Assembly: GCA_031418775.1 (NCBI GenBank)
Contig: JANOJN010000079.1
Span: 2,320-66,319 of the forward strand
DNA from: Acidimicrobiia bacterium
GTDB lineage: Bacteria; Actinomycetota; Acidimicrobiia; Acidimicrobiales; JANYDT01
Direction of reading: 5' to 3'
DNA length: 64,000 bases
In this document: piece by piece, positions 33,847 through 42,228 of the stretch
Layout: each line of letters starts with the position of its first letter
Position numbering within the stretch: position 1 is the stretch's first letter
Notes under the pieces: model-generated
What the model saw: only the letters and a program-made list of their open reading frames with translations
Database searches by the model: none
What the model was told of the DNA's origin: nothing
Made by a program: the position numbers and the translations under genes

Positions 33847-36180
33847 TCAGGCTCCCTGCTCGGTGACGGTCGCGGCGGGCACCGGTGCCGGCGCTCCGTG
33901 GCCGGGAGCAGCGTGGGCTCCGGCCTCGCCCTTGGTGATGACCCGCTTGAGGAAACCGAAGAGGTCCTTCGAGATGCCGCGGAAGAAGATGCCACTCAGC
34001 GGCACGAGAAGCAGGAACCAATTGCGCCACTCCTCGGCTTTGTTCCACAACAACAACGCCACCGGGATTGCCGCGACTGCCGCTCCGGGACCGACGGCGC
34101 GGATGGCTTTCAGCCACTCTTTGCCCCGGGCCCGCAGCAACCAGTTCCCGAGATACTGGAAGCCTGGCTGGAGACGTGGTGCGATACCGCCCGGGTTGTG
34201 GATGGCCGTGAAGACGAGGGCGGCGCCTCCGATGATGCTGGTGAGGTCCACGCTGATCGCGTTGTGGAAGTGGTGGTTCGCCCATGCGGTGATCAGGCCG
34301 TTGGCGAAGATGATGCCGCCGATCATCGCCCCGTTGATCGAGGTGATCCCGCCGAGGTAGGCGAAGGCCAGCACGGAGAGGCTGAGGAAGAACACCCAGT
34401 TTGCTGAGCTGATCTGGCGGGCCTGGTAACCGAACATCACGCCGGAGATGCCAGCGATGGCCGACGCGATGGCGAAGGCGAGGAGCTTGGTGCGCATCAC
34501 GTTCACGCCTGCCGCGGCGGCGGCCCGCTCGTTGGCGCGAACAGCGAGGAAGCGCCGACCAGTGCCGCTTCGGCGGATATTGGCGACGAGCACCGCCAAG
34601 CCGACGAGTACGACCACGGTGAAGATGGCGAACTTCAGACTGCTGTTGAGCCCGTTCTTGCCGACGACGCCGAGGTCGATCCCGAAGAACGTCGGGTTCT
34701 GGAGAGAGGCAGGCGATCCCGCAGTCTGATCGGTGAGCAGCTCGTTTTCGAAGTACACGCTCTGCAGACTGACCGCCGCGGCCATCGTGACGACCGCAAG
34801 CTGTACACCGCGAACCCGAAGGGCGGGCAAACCGAGGATCACGCCGACGATCACCGAGAACACGATGCCGATGCCCGCCGCTACGGGCCAGGGGAGTCCG
34901 GGACCACTGACCGGGAAGGGAGAGAGCTCATTGGGCTTGCCGTTGGCCAGCATGCGTGCCGTCATGAAGGCCGCGCAGCCGGCGATCGACATCTGCGCCA
35001 GGGAGATCTGGCCGACGTATCCCGTCAGCACCACGTAGCTGAGCATGACCATCGCGGTGATCAGGGTCGTGGTCACGGAGAAGCCGAACTTGCCGCCGTC
35101 GGCCCAGGCCGCGAGAGCAATTGCGGCGGCGCCCCAGATGAGGCTGTGCTGCCAGACGCGTTTCGGATAGGGCGCCAGGGGGAGGCGTTTCTCCTCGACC
35201 GTGCCACGGATCGGGAGGGAGCGACCTCGAACGAACAAGACGAACACGATCACGACCAACGGAAGGGCATTTGCTGCGGTCGCCTGCCAGGCCAGCGGGA
35301 ACCAGCTGTTCGTCGGCAGCCAAACTCCTGCGAGAGTTTGGAGAAGCCCGATGCCGATGCCGCCGGCGGTCGCCCACGGGATCGACGAGAGCTTCCCGAT
35401 CAAGGCCGCGCCGAGCGCCGGTACCACGAGCCCGGTGAACTTCACCGGATTGAGTGCGCCGGTGATGGAACCTACGAGCACACCGGCAAGGCCGGCGGCG
35501 AGCGACGCTACGACCCAGTTGGCGAGGGCGAGGCGTTCCGGCGAGTAGCCGAGAAGAACCGCACCCTTCTCGTTACCGGCGGCGGCTCGCGTCGCCAGCC
35601 CGAACCGCGTGTAGCGGAAGAATGCCCAGAGCGCCGCTCCGAGAACGACGGCGAACACCGAGAGGAAGAACGACTCCTTTGCCAACGGCTTCCCGAGCCC
35701 CAAGAAGTTGGTGAACAGCCCCTTCGGCAGCACCACCGTCGGCTGGGGGTTCTCTGTGCCGAAGTTCTTCAGCGCCACTCCCTGTAGGTACAGCATCAAG
35801 CCGAGCGAGCCGATCACCTTGCCGAGAGGCGCGGCGCTGCGCAGCGGCCGAAACACCAAGAAGTGGGCGATCACGCCGAGGAACCCCGACATTGCGATAG
35901 CGATGACGAAGCTCGGAAACACGCCGAGCCCTCCGCTGTCAAACGTGAGACGAACGGGGAAATTCAGCGATTTCGTCGGGAGAAAGTCGATCCAGGGAAG
36001 CTGGAGCACCCCCTTCTTGCGAAGGGAGTCGAACTCGAAGGCGATGAACATGGCGATCGCGCCTTGGGCGAAGTTGATCACACCCGATCCACGGAAGGCG
36101 ATCACGATGCCGATGGCGATCAAGGCGAAGAAGCCGCCCTGACCGAGGCCACCCAACATGATTCCAATGGGGTCTTTCAT
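33847..36180 (-). CDS. Fused LivH-LivM-type ABC permease
   Basis: ~778 aa, hydrophobic throughout. N-terminus MKDPIGIMLGGLGQGGFFALIAIGIVIAFRGSGVINFAQG is LivH-like and the second half is LivM-like. ATG at 36180. Confidence 0.85.
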   Translation of the reverse strand: MKDPIGIMLGGLGQGGFFALIAIGIVIAFRGSGVINFAQGAIAMFIAFEFDSLRKKGVLQLPWIDFLPTKSLNFPVRLTFDSGGLGVFPSFVIAIAMSGFLGVIAHFLVFRPLRSAAPLGKVIGSLGLMLYLQGVALKNFGTENPQPTVVLPKGLFTNFLGLGKPLAKESFFLSVFAVVLGAALWAFFRYTRFGLATRAAAGNEKGAVLLGYSPERLALANWVVASLAAGLAGVLVGSITGALNPVKFTGLVVPALGAALIGKLSSIPWATAGGIGIGLLQTLAGVWLPTNSWFPLAWQATAANALPLVVIVFVLFVRGRSLPIRGTVEEKRLPLAPYPKRVWQHSLIWGAAAIALAAWADGGKFGFSVTTTLITAMVMLSYVVLTGYVGQISLAQMSIAGCAAFMTARMLANGKPNELSPFPVSGPGLPWPVAAGIGIVFSVIVGVILGLPALRVRGVQLAVVTMAAAVSLQSVYFENELLTDQTAGSPASLQNPTFFGIDLGVVGKNGLNSSLKFAIFTVVVLVGLAVLVANIRRSGTGRRFLAVRANERAAAAAGVNVMRTKLLAFAIASAIAGISGVMFGYQARQISSANWVFFLSLSVLAFAYLGGITSINGAMIGGIIFANGLITAWANHHFHNAISVDLTSIIGGAALVFTAIHNPGGIAPRLQPGFQYLGNWLLRARGKEWLKAIRAVGPGAAVAAIPVALLLWNKAEEWRNWFLLLVPLSGIFFRGISKDLFGFLKRVITKGEAGAHAAPGHGAPAPVPAATVTEQGA

Positions 36181-36347
36181 GAATGCTCCAGGCGAAGAAC
36201 GCCACAGGTCAGAAGTTGATGATGGGACGCGGCGCGGGTCAAACCAGCCGGGATACAACAAGGGGTGGCCGTTCCGACCACCCCTTGCGCTGCACGCGCT
36301 CGGGTCCGGCGTCGCAATGACGCCGGACCCGAGCAATCAAGCGATGC

Positions 36348-37883
36348 TCAGCGACCGAAGTCGAGTGCCGTGCCCTTGATCAGGTAGAGCCCGGAGAAGT
36401 CGGAACGCTTCACGTCGTACCCGGCGCCGTTCCACTGCGAGGCCGTGACACGGGCGTTGCAGACGGAGAGGTACGGTGCCGCTGCTGAGGTGCACTCCAA
36501 CGGAGTGCTGCCCCACGAGTGGCTGCGCACGGTCTTGGCGAACGCGTCTTCAAGAGCCTGCGCGGTCAACGTCGCGGGATTGCCCTTCGCCGCTGCGTTG
36601 CCCTGGAGCCAGATGTTCATCATGCCGAGGAAGCCCGCGGTGGCGAAACCCTTCAGCTTCTGATCCTTGGCGCCGTACTTGTCGCTCTTGGAGAGGTAGA
36701 GCTTCGACTGCTCCTGGAGGAGTCCCTTCAGGTTGGCGGTCTGGGTGATCGGGGAAGAGCCGATGAAGTAGATGCCCTTGGCGAGATCACCTGCTGCCGT
36801 CGCCGCCTTGTCGTCGATGCATGCACCGGAAAGAACGAGCGGGATCTTCGACGGGGTCCAGCCGAGCTTCCCGAGGGCGTTCACGAAGGTCCAGCAGTCA
36901 GCGCCCTGGGCCGAGAAGACGATCACATCCGGCTTGAAGTCGAGCACCTGCTGGGCCTGCGGGGTGACGTCGGCCTGGCCCGGAAGGATCGGCACACCGA
37001 TGTGGGTCAGCGACGGCTTGGTGAGCGCAGCCGAGTTGTCCTTGGCCTGAGTCGTGCCGTTGAGAACGTTCAACGGCTTCTTCTCGAGGTCGTGGTAGCA
37101 GAACACACCTGGCGGGGTGTTGGCCCACGGAACGGCGACCTTGGTGCCCTTGAGATCGTTCGTGGCGAACTCGATGAGGCCGGTGTGGACGCCGAGGCAA
37201 CCGCCACCGCCGCCGATGGCGTAGGTGCCGGGGCTGGTGAAGTCGGCCGGGGAGATCGGGGTACCGACGATGACCGGGATCTTGGCCGCGTTGAAGGTGG
37301 CGAAGTGGTTGCCGAAGAAGTTGAGCGACGAGAAGACCATGAAGGGCTTCTTGGCGGCGAGCTCATTGGCGCACTTGGTGGAGTCGGTCGGGTTGATCGC
37401 CATCGAGCAGACCTCGAGCTTGATCGGGCGGCCGGGCTTACCGGCAGCCAGATCGGCACCGATGCCGCCCAACTCGTTGTTGATGTACTCCGTAGCTGCC
37501 TGTGCGCCGAAACGGTATTCCGGGAATGACCCGGCGGGATCTCCCTCAGGGTTCTGGAAGCCGATGACGATCTGGTCGCCGGCGGCCTTCAACGGCTTGG
37601 CTTCCGCGCAGTTCTCGATGAACTGTGCTTGGCCGGCGCCGTCACCGTTGATCTTGTCGAGCGCGGTGTCGGTCTTTGCTGCGCACGGGCCCGTGGCGCC
37701 AGCGACCGGGGCCGCGGTGGCAGCCGGAGCGGCAGTCGTGGCCGTCGGCTTCTTGGTCGTCTTCTTCGCGACCTTCTTCGTTGCCTTCTTGGTCGTGGCA
37801 GCCACGCTCGATGTCGCCGGGGCGACGAGCGCAGCGGCAACGGCGATGGCGATCAGTCCGGCGATGGACCTTTTTCTTGACAT
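36348..37883 (-). CDS. Liv-type (type I periplasmic) ABC substrate-binding protein with a Lys/Thr/Ala-rich N-terminal linker
   Basis: Signal/anchor MSRKRSIAGLIAIAVAAALVAP, then linker ATTKKATKKVAKKTTKKPTATTAAPAATAAP, then an SBP fold. ATG at 37883 is preceded by GGGGGAAG. Confidence 0.85.
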   Translation of the reverse strand: MSRKRSIAGLIAIAVAAALVAPATSSVAATTKKATKKVAKKTTKKPTATTAAPAATAAPVAGATGPCAAKTDTALDKINGDGAGQAQFIENCAEAKPLKAAGDQIVIGFQNPEGDPAGSFPEYRFGAQAATEYINNELGGIGADLAAGKPGRPIKLEVCSMAINPTDSTKCANELAAKKPFMVFSSLNFFGNHFATFNAAKIPVIVGTPISPADFTSPGTYAIGGGGGCLGVHTGLIEFATNDLKGTKVAVPWANTPPGVFCYHDLEKKPLNVLNGTTQAKDNSAALTKPSLTHIGVPILPGQADVTPQAQQVLDFKPDVIVFSAQGADCWTFVNALGKLGWTPSKIPLVLSGACIDDKAATAAGDLAKGIYFIGSSPITQTANLKGLLQEQSKLYLSKSDKYGAKDQKLKGFATAGFLGMMNIWLQGNAAAKGNPATLTAQALEDAFAKTVRSHSWGSTPLECTSAAAPYLSVCNARVTASQWNGAGYDVKRSDFSGLYLIKGTALDFGR

Positions 37884-38031
37884 GCTTCCCCCTAAGTGGA
37901 GCCTGATGTGACGGCAGGTGCCTGGATTGGACGGCGGCGCTGGGGAAGTGGGCGGCGACCCGGGATCGGGGCATCCGTCACACGTGACCGGCGACACAGA
38001 CAGTCAAGCAGGCGAACACCCCACAAAACAA

Positions 38032-38051
38032 AATTCACCGTTCAGTGAATT
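38032..38051. promoter_or_regulatory. Inverted repeat AATTCAC-N6-GTGAATT in an AT-rich patch upstream of the Liv-type operon
   Basis: Perfect 7-bp arms inside a locally AT-rich stretch (acaaaacaaaattcaccgttcagtgaattac), ~150 bp upstream of the SBP start. Its role as an operator is speculative. Confidence 0.2.
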
Positions 38052-38143
38052 ACGCCGTCTCGGTCTGATAAAAGTCGCTTACGGGGTCCGGCAGGCTCGG
38101 AACCGACACAACCGGCACCGAGTCAGGGGTCGCGTTTTCTTGG

Positions 38144-38923
38144 TCAGGGCGCGACGGGCGCAGGCGTAGCTGGCGCACCGTTGTAGATCGCCGTTTCGAA
38201 GCTCCGGAGGAGCGATGCCAGTTGGCTCGCGTCGCAGACACGGTGGTCATAGCTGACGTTCACGCCGAGGAGGTTCGTCACGGCAGGAGCGCCGTCACGC
38301 ACGACGACCCCGGGCGCGACAGCTCCGACCGAGCAGACGAGGGCGCACCGGGTGAACGGCACGAACGGAACATCGACGGCCGGAAGGTCGAACCTGGCGA
38401 CCGACGAAATGAGCGCCGCCCCGAACGGCGCACCCGGGATTCCCAAAGCGCCGATTCCCAATCCAGCGGCGAAGGCCGACCAGCACCGAAGCGCCAGCCG
38501 GCTCACGACTACCGGAACAGCCTCCACCAGGCGGGTGGCCCGGGCCAGTGGACCCGTGCGACGGCGTGCGTCACGGGCCGACGTGCGGAGCGCTCGCTGG
38601 AACTCCTGCGGGCTGAGTTCGTCGGCGCGGTCGACCACGGCGATTCGAAGGTCATTCGAGGCATGAATGGCAAAGGACAGGCGGACAGTTCGATGCGGTC
38701 GAACCTTCCAGCGGCCGGCACGCCGATTCGCTACGGGATTGGCGGCAAGGGCCTGGCCGAGTGCGAAGCCAACGATGGCGACCGGGGCGATGTTCGGATG
38801 GGTACGGGCGATGCGATCCCAGTCGAGCTGGAGGTGCATGCCAATTCGCGCGTCGACGCCTCCGGGCCAGGTCGCCATCGCCACCCGGTCGCGGCGCTTC
38901 AGCCGGCCCGACGATGCGTTCAT
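38144..38923 (-). CDS. Stand-alone 2-oxoacid dehydrogenase E2-type acyltransferase catalytic domain protein
   Basis: 259 aa ending in the catalytic-type motif SYDHRVCDAS (DHRxxDG-like). No lipoyl or subunit-binding domain. Confidence 0.6.
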   Translation of the reverse strand: MNASSGRLKRRDRVAMATWPGGVDARIGMHLQLDWDRIARTHPNIAPVAIVGFALGQALAANPVANRRAGRWKVRPHRTVRLSFAIHASNDLRIAVVDRADELSPQEFQRALRTSARDARRRTGPLARATRLVEAVPVVVSRLALRCWSAFAAGLGIGALGIPGAPFGAALISSVARFDLPAVDVPFVPFTRCALVCSVGAVAPGVVVRDGAPAVTNLLGVNVSYDHRVCDASQLASLLRSFETAIYNGAPATPAPVAP

Positions 38924-39120
38924 CCGTTGGGACGAACGGTACGTGAACCCAAAACCATGGGGTCACGCTACTGAGCGGGTGCCCCTATCCCCTGCGGGCC
39001 GGTACGAGTCGAGCTCGCCCGAACGGACCTCGCCATGACCCGTCGGATCCAAAGCCAACTGCCACGACGGGAACGCCGATTGCTGTGCGACGTTCGGCGA
39101 CCCCGCGTGAGTTCCCTGGA

Positions 39121-40314
39121 TCAGTCCCAGGCGACGGGGAGGACCTTGCGACCCCACAGGAACGGCGCATCGAGTCGCTTGGTGTCGCCGGCCAGACGCA
39201 TGGTCGGAAACCGTGACACCAGAGTTTCGACGGCGATGCGTCCGCTGAGGCGTGCTAGACCGGCGCCGAGGCAGTAGTGGATGCCCCAGGAGAAGGCGAG
39301 GTGCTTCTTCAGGTCGGTCAGCGGGCGGTCGAGGCGGAAGTCGTCGGGGTTCGTGAACAGCGCGGGGTCGCGGTTGGCCGACGCGTAGAGCACCATCACC
39401 TTCGAATCCTCGGGGATCGCCACGCCGCCGACTTCGGTGGCCACGTTGTTGGTGCGGCACAGCCCGAGCACCGGCGGATCGAACCGGAGGCTCTCCTCCA
39501 CGGCGACCTCGACGAGGGACGGATCGGCGACGAGCTGCGCCCACAGCGACGGCGTCTCGAGTACCCGCCACATCAGGTTGGTGATCAGTGAGGTCGTCGT
39601 CTCGTGTCCAGCGACGAGGAACTGCGACACCGTGTTCACGGCCTCGTCGATCGGTAGCACCCCGCCGTCGTCGTCGTAGGGCGCGGTCGCGACGTAGGAC
39701 AGGAATCCGTCGGGGAGCTCCTCTCCCTTCGCGTGGAGTGCTCGACGTAACTCGATTTGCTCGCGGGCGAAGCGGCCGATCCCGAGGCGTCCGTCGCGAC
39801 CGCGGTCCTGATACGCCATCCCGGCCACCATGTCGTCGGCCCAGCGGCTGAACTGCTCACGGTCGGCGATGTCGATGCCGAGCAGCGCGCAGAAGCTGGC
39901 GACCGGCAGCGCGAGGGCGTAGTCGTGGTTCAGCTCGCAGCCGTTGTGACCCGAAGCGCGCAGATCGTCGGCAAGCGACTCGGCGAGCTCGCGTATCGCC
40001 GGAGCGGTCCTGTTCACCGCGCTCGGCAGGAACGGGTCACGGAGGAAGCGGCGGCGATGGGTGTGGATCGGCGGATCGTCGTGCTGCACGTCGCCGACAC
40101 TCGAGGACTTCTTCACTCCCGGGCCCTTGGCGTTGGACCACACCGCCGTGTCCTGGAGAATCGACACGACGTCGGTCGGCGAGGCAACGGTGTAGAGCGA
40201 GTACTCCTCCGTCGTCTCGAAGTGGACGGGGCACTTCGCCCGCAACTCGCGGTGCGCCGCTGCGGGATCGTCGAGAACGTGCGCAGCCGTGAGCGAGTAG
40301 TCGATGTCCGTCAT
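39121..40314 (-). CDS. Cytochrome P450
   Basis: Heme-binding loop FSWGIHYCLGAGLA, I-helix LVAGHETT, ExxR (EESLR). Confidence 0.9.
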   Translation of the reverse strand: MTDIDYSLTAAHVLDDPAAAHRELRAKCPVHFETTEEYSLYTVASPTDVVSILQDTAVWSNAKGPGVKKSSSVGDVQHDDPPIHTHRRRFLRDPFLPSAVNRTAPAIRELAESLADDLRASGHNGCELNHDYALALPVASFCALLGIDIADREQFSRWADDMVAGMAYQDRGRDGRLGIGRFAREQIELRRALHAKGEELPDGFLSYVATAPYDDDGGVLPIDEAVNTVSQFLVAGHETTTSLITNLMWRVLETPSLWAQLVADPSLVEVAVEESLRFDPPVLGLCRTNNVATEVGGVAIPEDSKVMVLYASANRDPALFTNPDDFRLDRPLTDLKKHLAFSWGIHYCLGAGLARLSGRIAVETLVSRFPTMRLAGDTKRLDAPFLWGRKVLPVAWD

Positions 40315-40389
40315 GCGCGGAATCTATCGGTCGCAGGCCGTGAGAGGCGAGTCGCCATTCGATCGCCAAACCCAGCTTGGACGCGCTTG

Positions 40390-42228
40390 TTAGAGCTGCG
40401 CGACCGACCGGGCCAACAACAGCACTCCGGCGCCGGCGATCGCGAACCCCGACACCAGCGGCAGGGCGTTGGTGACGGCGTAGAGACGGGCTCCGGCCGG
40501 GGTGCTGAGTCGGGACGACCACCCGCGGACGCCGCGTTCGAAACGGACGATGAGCAGACCGGCACCGACGAGGGTTGCGGCGAGCCCGATCCCGTAGGCG
40601 ACGACGAGGGCTACCCCGAACGGCACTCGGCCAACGGCGATCGCCCCGAGCAGGACGACGAGCGCTGACGGGCTCGGAACGAGGCCGCCGGCGAGTCCCA
40701 TCATCACCAGCTCGCGCCGACGCACGACAGAACCGGGTGCCGGGAGGACGTGGTCGTGGGACCAACCCCCGTGGGCGTGGCTGGTGACGATGAACCGCGG
40801 GTCGTCCGGGTGGGCGCGTGTGGCAGCGTCGGCGGTGAGTGCCGAAGCGCGGCCAGGCGTGTCGACATGGGCATGGGCATCGGCAAGGGGGTGGGGGTCG
40901 TGGAGAACCGACGCGTCGTCGTGGTGCGCGACTGCGTGCTCGTGGTCATGCGGTTCCGGGTGCGGATGATCGTGCCCGTGGTCATGGTCATGTGGGTGCG
41001 GATGATCGTGCCCGTCGTCATGCGCGTGGTCCTGGTCTTTCGGGTGTGGATGGGCGTGCCCGTGGTCATGGTCTTGCGGGTGCGGGTGCGGGTGCGGATG
41101 ATCGTGCCCTCCCGTCCATCCCGCGACGCCATGACGACCGGGTCGGCGCCAGGCGGCCAGCCGAGTCCGCAACAACGTGAACCCGACGCCGATCACCAGG
41201 ACGCCCGACACGACGCTCGCCCATCGCACCGACCGATCCGCGGAAACCACCGTGGTGGCCGACACGAGCACACCGAGCACCATGATGCCGACGGTGTGCG
41301 TCGCCGCCACCGTGCCACCGATGGCGATGATGTCCGCAGTTCGTCCTCGACGTCCGAGTGCGTACGCCGCAATGATGGTCTTGCCGTGTCCGGGCGCCAA
41401 TGCGTGAAGACCCCCGAGAACGACGGCGAGCAGCATGGCTCCGGCGGCGAAGGGCAGCGTGACCTTGCGGTGGTCGAGCAGAGATTGGAATCGCTGCGTC
41501 AGACCGTCGTTGCCCCGATTGGTGGGCGCAGGTGACGCCGTGGCCGAGTCGGAAGCAGACGCCATTTCCGCAGCTGCACCGCGAGACACTTTGAACGATG
41601 CCCCGAGTTGCCGAAGCGGAGCGCTCACGGCTTCCTTCGGATAGCGCAGCAGGAGATCGGTGGGGGAGACGGTCGCCACCTCGCCGTCGATGCCGACACC
41701 GTTGCCTGATACGGAGATCTCCCGCCAACCGAGACGATCGGGGTAGTTGCGGTCGACAATGTTCACAGACGCCGGAGATGACTCGCCCGACGTGGCATGC
41801 AGCCGACACTCGAGCCGGAGCGTCGTCAGGCCCGCCTGACCCGAAGGGAACGAGAGCTGAGCTCCACCCGTCGGTGCGAGTGGCACAGGGACTCCGCTCC
41901 GGGTGATGTCCAGTGACTGAGCGATGGATTTGCAGCGCTCGTCACGCCAACGATCGGCGGCGATGGGCGGAACAGGACCGCTCGATGCGCCGAGTTCCTG
42001 GCGAATCTTCAGGGCCGGGATCTCGGCAAGGTCGACGACATACACAACGTCGACGTGTCCGAGCGTAAGCGTGACATGTGTCGCCGTGTTCGTGGTGAAA
42101 TTCCCGAGCGGATGAGCGATCGCGGCATCGGGGCGAAAGGCCAGCGCACTGACAATCCCGACGAGCAGTGCGATACGCCGGGCCGATTGACTGCGTCGGC
42201 GGACTACGAGCGTGAGCGTTGACATCAT
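40390..42228 (-). CDS. NicO/RcnA-like metal transporter with an N-terminal extracytoplasmic domain and a very long His-rich loop
   Basis: LHALAPGHGKT signature and a His/Asp/Pro-rich segment (GHDHPHPHPHPQDHDHGHAHPHPKDQDHAHDDGHDHPHPHDHDHGHDHPHPEPHDHEH). Its start overlaps the TPR gene stop (AUGAUG). Confidence 0.75.
   Translation of the reverse strand: MMSTLTLVVRRRSQSARRIALLVGIVSALAFRPDAAIAHPLGNFTTNTATHVTLTLGHVDVVYVVDLAEIPALKIRQELGASSGPVPPIAADRWRDERCKSIAQSLDITRSGVPVPLAPTGGAQLSFPSGQAGLTTLRLECRLHATSGESSPASVNIVDRNYPDRLGWREISVSGNGVGIDGEVATVSPTDLLLRYPKEAVSAPLRQLGASFKVSRGAAAEMASASDSATASPAPTNRGNDGLTQRFQSLLDHRKVTLPFAAGAMLLAVVLGGLHALAPGHGKTIIAAYALGRRGRTADIIAIGGTVAATHTVGIMVLGVLVSATTVVSADRSVRWASVVSGVLVIGVGFTLLRTRLAAWRRPGRHGVAGWTGGHDHPHPHPHPQDHDHGHAHPHPKDQDHAHDDGHDHPHPHDHDHGHDHPHPEPHDHEHAVAHHDDASVLHDPHPLADAHAHVDTPGRASALTADAATRAHPDDPRFIVTSHAHGGWSHDHVLPAPGSVVRRRELVMMGLAGGLVPSPSALVVLLGAIAVGRVPFGVALVVAYGIGLAATLVGAGLLIVRFERGVRGWSSRLSTPAGARLYAVTNALPLVSGFAIAGAGVLLLARSVAQL

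Noticed and set aside
33034-37529. 457-aa and 336-aa plus-strand ORFs opposite the Liv-type ATPase, permease and SBP genes
   Set aside because: These are antisense to genes with clear ABC and SBP features, and their composition is Arg/Gly/Asp/Glu-biased.
40311-40358. 15-codon upstream ORF (MATRLSRPATDRFRA) overlapping the P450 start codon (ATGA), considered as a mini-RiPP precursor (biarylitide/atropitide-like)
   Set aside because: The peptide has no Tyr, His or Trp residues for P450 cross-linking. It lies in the tail of a spurious long ORF. At most it is a leader peptide, and there is no supporting evidence.
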